Of a stretch of DNA of 64,000 nt, positions 1-13,820 are shown in pieces. The stretch is from Lama guanicoe (lineage: Eukaryota). The DNA is taken from positions 1,928,151 to 1,992,150 of the forward strand of contig MU054001.1 of NCBI GenBank assembly GCA_013239625.1, written 5' to 3'. The translations under genes were made by a program, and so were the position numbers. The stretch's first letter is position 1; each line of letters opens with the position of its first letter. Below the pieces are notes generated by a model. The model made no database searches and had not been told where the DNA came from. It was given only the letters and a program-made list of their open reading frames with translations.

Positions 1-1662
1 AATGAGAGAAGACAAAATAATGGAATGTTAGAACTTCAGTCAGCCTACCATATGTTTGTTCGAAACTGTTTAGTGTTTCAAATCCAGTGAGGGTCATATT
101 TAGCATTCAACGTTCACTTGACAGAAATCTTGTGAATTTCAGTCTCTACAAAGAAATATACAGCAATGTCACTGCTTGTTTATGCCTGGCCAGAAAGGAA
201 TGGCTGCGGTATATAGAGTGCTACTTGCCAAGTAATTTCATTCTTTATGTTCCCCGCTAAAGCTTTCCCCAGTTGATCAACACAACTCAGCTTAGCTGAG
301 ATACTGAAGAGGCTGGGAGAAAATCCTGCTGAGAAAGAAGTTACAATTACAGTTTCGATTCCCCTCAAGGATACTTAGTAACAACCACACGCTAGGATAA
401 GAATGCATGGAAACAGTCCATCTCTGAGCTCCTTACACTACTTATTTGAATACTGCTTTAGTTTGCAAATTCAACCTGTTGAGTCAAATTTAAGGCCAGT
501 AACATCTCATTTATCTGGCATCACTGGGAGAATAAGATATTCCATTTAAATGAAAACTTTACCTACTTTACAGAACTTTTCTCCTCAAGAAACTGACGTT
601 TTCTTGAACACAGCCCTTTGAAAATTACTTAACTCTTGGTGATTAAGGAGCATCCTTATTAATATAAACATTGCATTCTAGTATGCCCAATGAATGCCCT
701 CAAAATTATGTAATTTATTTGTCCCTATAATAAAGGACTTCTAGAATGCTGTTCTTATGATTACTTTATAAACTTAAATCTGGTTTGTTTGTTTGTTTTT
801 GGTGTTTCCTTTTCACTACTATGCTGACACTTCTCCATTTTTCTACCTAACAACTATCTTTCCTGTTTTTGTTTTGTTTTGTTTTGTTTCTCCAATGCTT
901 GTATTCTACTATGAACTTAGACACAGGTTCTTCTATTAGTTTAGACTTTCAATTTTGAGTAAAGATTTTCTGTGGGTTCTCCTCTGAGAACTTACACACA
1001 AGTTTCTGTGACATCTATTTTGACTGCTCAATGACTGGTTTTCACTTATTTCTTAAATCTCAGTAGCATTCTTGGTAACTGAGGTTTCTGGATATGTGCG
1101 CTCTGGAAAAGCTGTTGCAAAGGATGGCTCTGAATCCGAGAATTTAGAGGCTACATTAAATTGCAATTTAAGTTAACAAGAATCAGTATCATTAACAACA
1201 TCAAAATCTGGCAACACTGGCCTATTAGTTCCATCAGGCAATGGAATGCCCAGAGCCAGGTGGTAGCAAGGCTCTCCGGGTCCCTCTATCCCACTCCAGA
1301 GTAAAAGTGACTCCATTCCTACCCAATGCCTTTCAAACCAAAAAGACCCCATATCTGCAGACACAACGACTCAAGTCACTAGGAAGCCTGTGCTACAACG
1401 GAGAGCAGTTCTCCACACCCCGAATGATGCGTTCTACACATGTACTCAGTAGGGTAACATTTACTGAAATCTACCAGGTCCCAGGCACTGTGTTAAGGAT
1501 TTTTTATTTTATTTTATCTACATAATGACTCCATGAGAAAGGGATTATTTTCCCCATTTTACAGATGGAGAGGGCTTAAAATCTTGCCCTGACTACATAA
1601 TCATTGAGCAGTAGAGATAGGATTCAAACTTAGCATGAATTGGTCCTGAAAACTGTCACTCT

Positions 1663-2183
1663 TTTTTTTTTTAATTGAAGTATAGTTGATTTTCAATGTT
1701 GGTGGTGTACAGCATAGTGATTCAGTTATACATATACGTATTCTTTTCCATATTCTTTTTCATTATAGGTTATTATAAGCTATTGAATATAGTCCCCTGT
1801 GCTCAACAGTAGGACCTTGTTGTTTATCTATTCTGTATACAGTAGCTTGTTTCTGCTAATCCCAAACTCCTAACTTACCCCTTCCCACTCCCCTTTCCCT
1901 TTTGGCAACTTTTTTTTCTATGTGTGTGGGTCTGTTTCTGTTTTATAAATAAGTACATTTGGGTCATTTCTTTTTAGATTCCACGTGTAAATGATATGTG
2001 GAATATATAATGATATAAATGATATCATATGATTTTTTTTTCTCTTTCTGACTGACTTCACTTAGTATAATGATCTCCAGGTCCATCAGTGTTGCTGTAA
2101 ATGGCATTATTTCATTGCTGGTTTTTTTTTTAATGGCTGAGGAGTATTCCATTTTATATATATACCACGTCTTCCTCATCCAG

Positions 2184-2228
<45 letters not shown>

Positions 2229-2491
2229 ACACACACACACATGCACACACTCACACACATATATTTATGCACATACATATACCACAGCCTCTTTATCCAA
2301 TCATCTGTAATGGACACTTAAGTTACTTCCATATTTGGCAATTGTAAATAGTGCTGCTATGAACATTGGGGTGCATATATCTTTTTGATTTAGAGTTTTC
2401 TCCAGATATATGCCCAGGAGTGGGATCGCTAAATTACATGATAACTCTATTTTTAGTTTTTAAAGGAATCCCCATACTGTTTTCCACAGTG
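1663..2491 (-). mobile_element. L1 3' end (artiodactyl/laurasiatherian type) with internal (CA)n
   Basis: Poly-T followed by AATTGAAGTATAGTTG..., the typical reverse L1 3'UTR. ORF 1964-2317 shows degenerate ORF2 C-terminal text (MEYSSAIKK...EIMPF...MDLEIIILSEVSQKEK). Confidence 0.9.
2189..2260. repeat. (CA)n microsatellite
   Basis: Direct read. Confidence 0.95.
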
Positions 2492-2776
2492 TAAAGCCTA
2501 TAACCCTTAACCATTATACTATATCCCTCCCTTCAGCCTTAGTTTCCACTTCCATGTTTATCAAGCTGATTTTTATTAATTTATGAAGGGAAACTCCCTG
2601 TATAGGTGTTTTGGTTGAGGTTACCAAAAAAAAGAAGAATATCTCAAAATGCATATGAAACTTGGTATTTTCTTGCAGGTTTGAGGGGTACGAAGTAATG
2701 CTCTGGTACCGTTCACTTTGAGGGGCAACTAATACAATCAAGATCCTAAAACTGCAAAACTAAGGATTAGACCCTA

Positions 2777-4288
2777 CTTTAGTGAGACACAGAAGTGATA
2801 ACCACAGAACAGTCAAAACAACTTTGAAAAAGAAGAAAGCTGGAGAACTTACACTTCCTGATTTCAAAACTGACTACAACATTACAGTAACTGGACAGGG
2901 TGGTACTGGCATAAAGATAGACATATAGATCAATGGAATAGAACTGAGAATTCAGAAATAAACCTTTACATTTATAGTCAATTGATTTTTTTAACAAGAG
3001 TGCCAAAACATTTAAATTGGGAAAGACAGCGGATATACAAATGCTAGAGAATGAAGTTGGATCCCTACCTCACATCAAATATGAAAAATAAATGAAAAGG
3101 GATTATAGACCTAAATGTAAGAGATAAAACTATAAAACTCTAAGAAGAAAACATAGTAAATCTTCAGGAGACTGAGTTACGCAATGGTTTCTTATATACG
3201 ACACCAAAAGCATAAGCAGCAGAAGAAAATATAAACTGGACTTCATTAAAATTAAAGACATTTGCACAAGCAACCAAAAAAATTAGATAAACTGAGTATC
3301 ACAATAGAAAACCTTTGTGCTTCAAAGGACACCATTAAGGAAGTGCCAAATAAGACAGAATGACAGAAAACATTTGCAAATCATACATCTGATAAGGGTC
3401 TAGTACCCAGAATGTATAAAGAACTCTTACAACTCAACAATAAAAAGATAAATAATCCAATTTTAAAACATGCAAAATATTTTTGAATAAACATTTCTCC
3501 AGTGAAGATAAATAATGGCCAATATGCACATGGAAAAATGCACTCTAATAATCATTAGCTATTAAATAAACACAAATCAAAACCACAATGAGATACCACT
3601 TCACATCCATTAAAATGGCTATGATAAAAAGGACAGGCAATAACACGCGTTGCTGAGGATGTGGAAAAATCAGAACCCTCATACATTGCTGGTGGGAATG
3701 TAAAATTGTTCAGCCACTTTGGAGCACAGTTCTCCAAAAAGTTAAACATAGTTATTACATGACCCAGAAACCCCAAAGAAATGAAAACATATGTCCACAC
3801 AAAAACTTACACACAAGTGTTCACAGCAGCATTATTCATAATAGTTCCAAAGTGGAAACAGCCCAAATTAACATCAACTGATGAATGGATGAACGGAAGT
3901 GGTATATCTACACCATGGAAAATTACTCAGCCATAAAAAGTACTGAGTACTGATTCATGCTACAACATGGATGAACCTTGAAAACATTATGCAGAATGAT
4001 ACAAGCCAGATGTAAAAGGCCACATATATGATTCCATTTATATGAAATGTCCAGCATAAGTAAATCTAGACAGACACAAAGTGGATTAATGGTTGCCTAA
4101 GGTGGGTTGGAGGGAAGGAGATGAAAAATGGAGCATGATTGCTAATAGGTGCTTTTGGGGGTTGATGAAAATGTTCTATAATTAGATTGTGCTGATGTTT
4201 GTACAACTCTGTGGATATACAAAGTACCACTGAAGTGTGAATTTTATGGTAAGTAAATTCCATTTCAATAAAGCTATTATTTAAAAAG
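2777..4288 (+). mobile_element. Old L1 (L1MB-like): degenerate ORF2 3' part plus 3'UTR
   Basis: ORF2-like text (AAAGCTGGAGAACTTACACTTCCTGATTTCAAAAC...; GAAACCACAATGAGATACCAC-like), an L1MB-type 3'UTR and a terminal AATAAA. Confidence 0.9.
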
Positions 4289-6611
4289 TAATGCCAGATC
4301 AGCAACTTCCAATTTTGTCATAGTATTAAATTCATTAATCCATATATTTATATATACATGTACACATACATATACATATGAACACATGTTGAGACAAACG
4401 GAACAGATATATTTTAATTATATTTATCAAATTAAATATGCAGCAAATTCTGTTTTTAATCTGAAGATTGTTGGAGTGGCAACCTCACCATGCATGTGTA
4501 CCAGGCTGGGAGCTGTGCTGGCTAAAGAAGAAGGAATTATTATTCCCATATAAATAATAATAAATTATTAATAATAGATACTGAGCAAATGTGTGTGTAT
4601 GAAGTATCTTTCACTCATTATTGACATTCATTGACAGGTTGAGGCACTAAAGAAGATGTTCTTTCACAGACCAACGATAAGTACTTATAAATGTTAAGGT
4701 ATGCTTTTTAAATTTTTTACACATTTTACGTAGATTCATAATTTAAATGTTTTATGCCCCATTATATTATGGAATATAACATGATTTTCATCCTTCTGCA
4801 ATAATGAATAGTGGCTTGAAGAGCTCAGAGACTTTTCCACTCTAAAAATCTGAAAGGAATGTGAGTTGGTTCAGTAGTGAGTAAAAGCTAACAACACATT
4901 AGCCCCTGGGAATTGTGAAATTTCCTTAATTCAGTGGAGAACATAGGTTCTTTTTAGAACAGGGGTAAGCATATCACTAGAAAGCTCTTCAGCCTTCCTT
5001 TTCAGGCTCTTGTTTAAGCAAATAGAAAAGAGGGCCAGGCAGGCTTTCAGCTGTAGTTCAGAGCACCTTAAAGATCAATTCAAAGCCTGTTCAGCATTGT
5101 TTTCAAATCTCAAGGCTGCTGGTGACAACAATATCCAAAGGATGTGCTCAGCCAGGCGTCCATCCTTCAGACTCTTACTCTTAGGCCTACTTAATCAGGG
5201 ACAGATCTTAGAGTCTCTAAGTTGTATCTATTTTATCTCCTGCTTTTAGTTGGGAATATACTTCAAAACATGATCCTACTTGACAGTTCAAATCGTCCAC
5301 TGTTTTGCTTTTATAAACAGTTGCTTGTCCTCATCTTAAAAAGGTCGTCAGGAGAAAAGAGGTTTTGCCGTTTTCCTTGATAAGACATCCCTGAGCCTCT
5401 TATTCCCTCTCTTTGTCCATCTGCTGCTCTTTGGGTAATAAAAGCGCTCCTGGAGAAGTATATCTAAATCATGTTGGGAAGGATGAAATGTATGACATGC
5501 AGCTGATATTTAAGAAATTCATTCATTCAATAAATATTTAAAGGTCATCTGTGAAGTGTCAGGTACCATGCTAGGGGCTAGGAATACAATAATGAAAAAG
5601 ATAGGCGTGGTCCTTTTCGCCTCCTGGCAAATTTTGTGAAGGAAATAAATATCCACTAATTAATTATTTTTATTCATTTATTAATACTAAATTTTCATTT
5701 ACGGGTACGGTAATTGGTGTGCTTAAAAAATACATATGCCTTATACCACAGAGCCTAAGGACTAATGGAAACTGTAGACATGTATTTCTCTAATCAACTG
5801 GCTTGTTTTATAGGCATTATGGGCATCTTATTTCAAGAAGAAATCCATCCTGGTGCAATTTAAATCCATCTTGTCTTGTTTAAGCTTCAAAAAAAGAGAA
5901 AATTGCACTAGGTTTCCTCTGAATATTTCTTGACTTGTTTTTCACCATTAAGTTCATTGGTTATAGCCATGACTGTAATTTGGTCACCATCTTTCCATGA
6001 TCCCATTGGCCAGGTTTCACACTTCTTTTTCTGTCTTGGAAAGAGCTTATAAAACTCACATATTACTGTTAGGAATAAAACAAATCCTTTAACAATTACA
6101 GCAATCTTTGTTTTTTTTGTTTTTTTGTTTTTTTAATAACTGAGTGAGTTTTTTCTTGTCTCCTATGGATTTCTTGAGAAGGGCTATCATTCTTATTAAG
6201 ATCATCTTTTGAAGCACTCATTTTACCAGGGCACCATACCATCTCTTATGTAAAAGTATTTGGGAGTTATTGGAATTCTTGGGCATTCTGGTTAAGGATG
6301 CATATTAACTATAATTGTTTTCTTTGTGCTGAACTCCATGGTTTGTTTTATAGTGGATGAGTAACAACATGCCAACCAGGAAAATTAATTCCAGGTTATG
6401 TGATTGAAAATAATTTTTTTTTTAATTTAAGAGCAGAGAGGCCTTAGAAAATTTTGCTGAAAATAAATCAGTGTGGCTTTTTTCTCTGGTTACCATTAGA
6501 TGTTAAGCAGCTAGTGATCTTGTACAATTTAAGTAGAAGTCTTGTGTGAAAAGAAGGAAAGGAGTTTAGTCAATGCTTCTTAAAGCAAGAAATTCATAGA
6601 AATTAGGTCTC

Positions 6612-6662
6612 ACTAATACAACATTGCAAATCAACTATACTTCAATTATAAAAAAAAGAAAA
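6612..6662 (+). mobile_element. Ultra-short 5'-truncated L1 insertion
   Basis: L1 terminus (ACATTGCAAATCAACTATACTTCAAT) plus A-tail, flanked by a 12-bp TSD AAATTAGGTCTC (6600-6611, 6663-6674). Confidence 0.85.
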
Positions 6663-6843
6663 AAATTAGGTCTCCTACAGGCACACATTTGATTTCTCCA
6701 ATATGATAGATATTTGACAAATATTCCACCTTCCAGAAAGTTTGGTTGGGTAGAGACCTCAAAAATAGTACATCAGAGAACTGAGTGTCTTCCAAAGTGA
6801 GGCTAGCAGAGTGATGGTTAGCAACAAGATAAAAGACTAAAGA

Positions 6844-7034
6844 GTTTCTGCTTAGCATGCACAAAGTCCTGGGTTCAATCCCCAGCACCTCCATAAATAA
6901 ATAAATAACCGTAATTACCTCGCCGCCACCCCCCAAAATCTTGTTTTTTCAAGTTCAACATCATTTTATTTTTATTTTTTTAAACATTTTTATTGATTTA
7001 TAATCATTTTACAATGTACAAAAAATTTTAATAT
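6844..7034 (+). mobile_element. 5'-truncated Vic-1-type tRNA-Ala SINE with an antisense L1 3' fragment in its tail
   Basis: GCTTAGCATGCACAAAGTCCTGGGTTCAATCCCCAG; TSD AAAGACTAAAGA (6832-6843, 7035-7046). Confidence 0.8.
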
Positions 7035-7329
7035 AAAGACTAAAGAATTAGGCCAAATTTTCTGAATATCAAATAGATAGTTGAATTTTCCCCTTTTCAG
7101 GATTTATCTAAGTGTCATGGAGGACTGCCTAACTTTTTCTCATAGTCAGCAATTTTGGGCTAATAGCGTGGAGCCCTCTTTGTCCAGCACACAGTATCAT
7201 GGCTCCCGGAGGACACTTCTCTTTGTATTCCCTTCACAAAGTGTGTTCTATTTGGCAAGAACACAGTGATTTGTGGAAACTATAACAAATGTCAGGTTGA
7301 AGCTTGCTCGCTATGGCCACTCTTCTTTC

Positions 7330-7680
7330 TAGATAAATGAAAGTGATTGCAGTCTTTTCTGTTCCTCAAACACACCACTCTCCTTGTTTCTGGACTTTGT
7401 CACCCTCGGTTCCCTCTGCCTTATCCTTGGCTCGAGGTACAGCTGCTCCTTCAGGTCTTGCAAAGCTGGTTCCTTGCAGAGGCCTTCCTTGACCCCTAGT
7501 CACTCAGTTTGTTTCCATTTAAACACCACAGACCTGTGTGTGTGTTTGTCTCCGCCCACGAGAAAGCCAGCATCTGGAGGCAGAGGCAGGCTCAGTCTTG
7601 TTCCTGGAAGAACTCTCAGCACCTAGAACACAGGTGCTCAAGAAATGTGTATTTTACATTGAATGAACCATTCGCCCAAC
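7330..7680 (+). mobile_element. L2 3' end
   Basis: ...AGCACCTAGAACACAGGTGCTCAAGAAATG...TGAATGAA resembles the L2 terminus. Confidence 0.6.
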
Positions 7681-7764
7681 ATACCTGTAATGTTCTGGCA
7701 GAAAGAACTGCTGTCCTTTGGGGTTATCCCACCTAGTTTTGAGCAAGAGACTGGAAGCCTCAAC

Positions 7765-7930
7765 CAGAGATTCTCAAACCTTACGGCATGTTAGAATCAC
7801 CTGGGAAATTTAAAAATTACCTTTGTTTAGCCCCTGCCCCAACCTTGGGGTGATGGGTCTCAGGCATCAGTATGTTTTAAGAGTTCTTTGTATAATCGCT
7901 TGTACAACTAAGGTAGAAAGTACGGCTCTA
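7765..7930. mobile_element. MER5-type hAT-Charlie MITE
   Basis: CAGAGATTCTCAAACCTT...TTAGAATCACCTGGG signature. Confidence 0.65.
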
Positions 7931-8718
7931 AGTGACATGGAACTGAATAATTACCCAACTACCATGTTCTTACCCTCTGGGTAGGTCATTCCTGTGTCAT
8001 CTCTGTCTAGGGCAACCCAAGTGTACTTCAAACTGCTCTTGTGGTTTCTAAATACCTGTCTAGTTATCACAAAGGTGCACAAACCAGATGAAAGATTAAC
8101 CTCTCAGGAAAGAGAAAAGGCATCCCGTTAACCTAGGTTCATCTGTTAGTACCTGCTCTGAAAACCTCAAACTAAAAGGGGAAAGTTCCGGCACACTTCT
8201 CTCTTCTCCATGAGAGAAAGACATCAACAAACTCCTTTATTTAGCTATAGAAGTCAAAGGCAATCAATCAATCAATCAATCACTTGAGCTGCAAATCAAA
8301 CAAAAAACAATGTTCCTGGAAGAGGAACATGTCCCCAGTTCCATCCATTTCCTTCCTAGTAGTGATGGGCTCAGAACCACTTATCCATACTTTTTGTTAT
8401 GGCAAGCCTTATGTATAATTGGAACCTCTACTTTTTTATTTAAGGAAAAACAAGGGTTACTGATATTTTTCTCAAGCCATGCAATTAATACACTTTTTTT
8501 CTTTATTTTTCAAAATCACCTTCAGAACTGTTAACAAAAGCTAGACTCATGCTGAAAGTCAATTGGTTTTCCCTCCAGTTAGAAGAGTCAGATGACTAGA
8601 GTAAAACAGAGCACACGCAGGATTATAAGTAGAAATATCTGAGTTATAGTCCAGGCCCTACCATTTGCCAACTGAATGAATGATCAGCAAGTTTTCTTGC
8701 CTATTAAAAGAAAATCAG

Positions 8719-8851
8719 GGTGGGAAGGGTATAGCTTAAGTGGTAGAGCACATGCTTAGCATGCATGAAGTCCTGGGTTCATTCCCCAGTACCTCCATTA
8801 AAAAAGTAAATAAATAAACCTCCCCCCCTAAAAAAAATTAAGAAAAAAAAG
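8719..8851 (+). mobile_element. Vic-1-type tRNA-Ala SINE
   Basis: tRNA head with A/B boxes, A-rich tail, TSD AAAAGA(A/G)AATCAG (8706-8718, 8852-8864). Confidence 0.9.
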
Positions 8852-9440
8852 AAAAGAGAATCAGAACACCTATGCTGCCTGCCTCACATTGTTGTTGTTT
8901 CTTATTGATAATGTTGACAAACATTTTCTGAAAGTGTTGCAGTGTACGAATCAAAAATGATGGCATTCTGTCTTGTAAATGAACTTTTCAGCACCCCCCC
9001 CCAAAATCCAGTGGTTACAGTATTTCAAAGTATTGGCCTAGGATACACTATGTGCCCAGCAAATTGCTGAACAAAAAAACTGTCCATTAGGGAAACTGAA
9101 TCCATTAGACCAGAACAATAGGTAGGTCAACCAACAGGGCAAGTCATTTCCTTTGCAACAGGAGAAACTCAGCTCAGCCAAGAGATAATACGAGAAATAC
9201 ATTTATTCATCCCCAAAAGTCTGTTTCCACCCCGAGACCTAAAGTTCTTTCATCTCCCACTGAAGATGTCCAGGCCATGGAAGGGACTATTTAGATTCAG
9301 AGACCCTCTTATTCATCAAGATCAGGGCAATAAACTTGAAGAGCTATGAGTTAACAAAACTGCCATTCAAGGGTTATCAGTAGGCAAGAGGATCTGGAAA
9401 GTTGCAAGTTGAAAGCAGTTTTGCAGTTGATCCTGGGACA

Positions 9441-9521
9441 GCTTAAAACAGAAGAACTCCTGCCTCCTAACTTCTCAAGGCTTCAAACAGAAGAACTCCT
9501 GCCTCCTAACTTTTCAAGGCT
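9441..9521. repeat. 39-bp tandem duplication (2 copies, 2 mismatches)
   Basis: GCTT(A/C)AAACAGAAGAACTCCTGCCTCCTAACTT(C/T)TCAAG at 9441-9479 and 9480-9518. Confidence 0.95.
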
Positions 9522-10737
9522 AGACTCAATCTTAAAAGTTGTTTGGTTGAGAATAAAGCTGGGACAGGTATGGGTTAGAATCCCGTGTGGTCCAGGTACG
9601 TCTTTAACCTCACCTAGGCTTGGTTTCTTTATTTATTAGTAAAATAGAGATAAAAATGTCTCCATTGCAGTGTAAATAATCTGGAGCTTAGAGATGATAT
9701 ACATAAAACCAGTACCTATAACATTATCAATAAATTATAGCTAATTTTAAAAAGTCAGTTGAGAGACTTCCAGACTTGCTCGAGTGGCAGAGCCCCCAGA
9801 AGCTGCAGATCACTGTGAAATGCTGATATAATTTACCAAATCACGTGAACCAGAAAGAGTTAATTGAGTAGCAAATATGGCTTTATTATATATAAGCAAT
9901 ATAGTATCACAGAAAGAACACATCTGTTCACCAAAACAGAGATTTTCTTGAATCCCCCCAAACAAGCTATTGACCTAGATAATATGTCAGAATCTTCCCA
10001 TCATATCTGTTGGCTATTTGTTGATTTGATTTATGCCTGAGGTGGTAATTGGCAGCCAGGTTTAACCAGACAAGCAGTAGTAGGCAAATGGAGAAAAGAC
10101 TTATCATTCAGATTAGCTGCCGGCTTCATAGAGTTTGCAAACCTCAACTAATAACATCTTACTGATACTGATAAACAAATGCAATGATTTTGAAACATTT
10201 TTGAAAACAAGGAAACTCTTTCTTTAAAAAACAATATATAAAAATATATATATATTTGGCAGAAGCTCAAGATCTAAAACCCAGAAAAGCAGAAGTCCCA
10301 AAGAGAAAACAGAACAAAGGCTGAACTGCTTTTCTGTGAGCTTTGGGATCCCCTGCCCTTCCCCACCCATCAAAGGCATCTCCGAAGGCTTGGAGGAGGA
10401 CATTTTGAAAAAATCCTTTAATTCCAGCTCCTCATTCTTCAGATAAGGAAATTATACCCCAAGGGACTGAGAGAGCTACTTAACATGGCACAGTGAAAGA
10501 ACCCACATCAGGACCCAGGCCTGTGACTTCTCTATTTAGCATTTTCTCCTGTGCCACCAGGACAACTAGTTACTAGTTTTTCCAGGATAACTGGATAAAT
10601 AGACGAGACAGAATCTTGGCAAAGGGGTCACATCCCTAAAAAATGTACCTTCTCAAACTGGCAGGTTGATCAGATGTCCCTCCTCTGCCTACTTTCACTA
10701 TCATGTTCCATAATGTGCCAAAATTATCTGTTTATAT

Positions 10738-11012
10738 CAGAGATCATAAACTGGTCTGCACAGTGTGGCCAACTATCTTGAATTAGTTGCCAACATTTAA
10801 AAAATCATAAGATTTTTGCCTAAAAATTTGGCTTTCCAGCTTCTGTTGAAAAAATGAGAAATTCTAGCAACACTGAACTCTGATTCCCAATTGATAACAC
10901 TCCCAGGAGTGGGAAGAGGCAGGCACTCTCCAGTGTTTCGGTCCCCACCAGTCCCTACCGGCTGGTGTCCAGCATTGTCTGTTCCCTGCAGGTATCTGCG
11001 TTTGTGACCCAT
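10738..11012 (+). mobile_element. MER102-like hAT-Charlie relic
   Basis: GCCAACATTTAAAAATC...TTTCCAGCTTCTGTTGAAAAA...TAGCAACACTG signature. Confidence 0.55.
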
Positions 11013-11849
11013 GGTCTAAAGCTTCTGTCTGTAGAAGCATTTTTGAGAATGGAACTTATAGGCACAAAGGTAAAACCTAAGGTGCAGACACAGGGAATAA
11101 TCTCATTTCAAAAGATGGGGTGAATGTCATCATAAATAATGCTGCTTTCCTGCACTGATTAAGGAGGAAACTTTCAGAGTTTCCTGACTCGTTTATTTTT
11201 TCTGAGAGCTGTTAAATTAACCATAGACTAATAGAGCTACAAGTCTCAGAACTGCTTTCCTGTGTGTCCCCTTTTATACAACTATCTGCAGCGCAACTCC
11301 AAACACACCGGGCCCCTGGGGAGATGCATTATTAAGCCGCGCATCAGCCTGTTTCCTGCAGCCCAGGGTGCCTCCCTTAGCACTTTGGTTAGGAGGAACT
11401 GGCTGAGAGCCTCAGGATCATCCTTGGGACTGGGCAACATGGGAGTGGGCAGGGCAGGCAAAATGAGAGCAGTTCTTAAGGAACGTTCAGTCCTGCTCCC
11501 CTAGTGGCAATTCAGGCCCTGGTGCCACATTCTTCCTCCCTGCACTTCCCCAAATCTGTTATTGCCATATATACCTTGTTCAAGGTAACTTACTCCCTGC
11601 CTCACTGAAATGTACAGAAGTGTCAGATAAACAAATTCACCCAAAAGGTTTCAAAATTTCATAACTGTATATTTTTTATTTTAGCATTTTAACCTATGTA
11701 TTACCAATAATTGAATTCTAGAGATCATGATTAGTTGGTGAAAAGAACATTCAGATTTGATAAAAAGGGCTTACCATTAAACTACACCACAAAGGAGAAG
11801 ATTTTATTTACTTTTTACCTAAAGGGCCACCATTATATCACCTTCCCTC

Positions 11850-12152
11850 CTCCAGGACTTCATTCAACTGCTACGTTCTCAGTGAGGTCTTCCCTAATCA
11901 CCAAATTAAAATTGTGAACCTCCTCCCTCCTCCCCACACTCCCTACTGCATTCCCTGCTTTGCTTGTCTCCAGATCATTCAGCATCATAGGATACACAGT
12001 ATCTCACTTTTGCCGTTGCTGACTGTCTCTCTGCCCCGACTAGAACACAGCTCTGTGGGGTAAGATCTCTGTCTGTCCACCACATCCTCAGTGCTGTGGC
12101 AGCGCCTGGTCCACAGTAGATACTCAATAAAGGCTTGTTAAATAAATGAATT
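11850..12152 (+). mobile_element. L2 3' end
   Basis: TCTCAGTGAGGTCTTCCCT...CAGTAGATACTCAATAAA...AATAAATGAAT. Confidence 0.7.
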
Positions 12153-12221
12153 TACTGTGCATCATGCCCAAGCCTCAGGGTGACAATTATTTCAATAGTT
12201 AACAGATGCAAAGTAGAACTT

Positions 12222-12311
12222 TTTCCCTCCTAATAGAGGTACTGGGGATTGAACCCAGGACCTCATGCATGCTAAGCATGTGCTCTACCACTGAGATATA
12301 CCCACTCCTCC
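12222..12311 (-). mobile_element. Vic-1-type tRNA-Ala SINE
   Basis: Reverse-complement tRNA-Ala head; short TSD AGAACTT. Confidence 0.9.
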
Positions 12312-13369
12312 AGAACTTCTTGATGATGAGACTGACCATGTATTTTAAGCTGTAAGGGTGCTCAGAAGTTTTGATGTCTTCTTTCCTTTGTATGTATGGA
12401 TCTTGTGGAACAAATGTACACATTTCCTTTCCTAAATATATTCAAGGATGAGGTACGGTCTTCTTTAAAAAAAAAATCTAGATGTTGGGTAGCCCATCTG
12501 GGAAGCAGGGTGCTGAATGAGATGACTTCTTTTTTTCCTTTTTTTCAAAATGCTAGTGTAACCACACCAGATGTAAGGTGTGGGGTGTGGCGTGTGGTAC
12601 GGTGGGGGGGGTGGTGGAGGGGGGTGTGCTTGTGTTTTTAGTGTGGCAGTTGCATCTTTTACTAGATTATGAACCTTTCTTCTTTTCCTCTGAGCTAACA
12701 ATGATGGAGGTCAGTTCTTTATCTGAAATGTGTTTTAGTATAACACATGTAATAAGATGGAATTCGAAAAAGAAGCAGAGGAGTTCCTGGCTATTTAACT
12801 TTGTGGCACTGCCTTCTAGGTATCGTCTGGGAAATAACTGTTTATCATTTTGTTGTTGGTGGTGGTATTTACACCATTTTACTATGCTTTTTTGAATTCT
12901 TCAAACAGCAGACTTGGGAAACTTTGATTTATTTTCCAAATACAAACATCATGAAGTCTGAACTTCTGGTTCAATCATTCCAACCTGGCATCAGGGTCAG
13001 AGCACAAATTGGCTGATGTGCCCCAGACCAGTTTGGATTCATGGGCAACACACGTACTATTTGTATTGAACTAACTGGCCAATGTGCTGAGCGGAGGTGG
13101 GCACAGGGGAACAGTGAGGAACAGACCATTTCAGCACAAGAAAGTAACCTCTTCAGAAAAGTTCTTTCATCACTGTTGTGACCACCGATATCACTGGTGA
13201 AAACTTTAAGACCTAGAGCTGTAAGATTAAGGTTCTGACCCCAGATCAAAGGAGTGTAGAACAGAGACAAGGAATGATCTGCCTTCTATGTACCTGAATT
13301 TACAAAACCCCTCGGACATAATTTCATAGTAAAGCCTCGATTCTGATCTCTATTACAACCTATCCTAAG

Positions 13370-13820
13370 GAATAACATATGTAAAAGGTTATTCATTGCA
13401 ATTCTGTCAGCAACAGCAGAAGTTTGGAAACAACTTAAGTGATCATCTTGGGAGCATGGTTAACCAAATTATGGAACACCCATACAATGGAATACAATAA
13501 AATCATTTTTTAAAAATGAGAATATGCTTTACAAGTGGAATTAGGATGATTTCAAATGAGAAAACCAAGATGTGGAATAACAGAGTTATGCTATCCTGGA
13601 GAAAAAAGGCAAAACAAGAACACATACATACAATTATATTTTCTTGTATACATATGAAATATCTCTGGAAAGGCACATAATAAACTGAATCATTGGCTTC
13701 TTCTAGAAAAGGACACTGGGTAATGGGGGACAAAGTTTGGGAGAAATGTTTCACTGTATATCCTTCTGAATTTTGAACCAAAGAAATGTAATTCCTACTC
13801 AAAAATCAATAAAAGTAATA
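13370..13820 (+). mobile_element. Ancient L1 (L1ME/L1MC-like) 3' end
   Basis: TTGGAAACAACTTAAGTG...AAATTATGG...CATACAATGGAATAC and an L1 3'UTR ending in AATAAAA. Confidence 0.65.

Noticed and set aside
9441..9521. CRISPR-like repeat array
   Set aside because: Only two adjacent copies with no spacer, in a mammalian genome.
11495..11507. CTCF-like CCACTAGGGGAGC (minus strand)
   Set aside because: One base short of the core spacing, with 3' mismatches; too weak to call.
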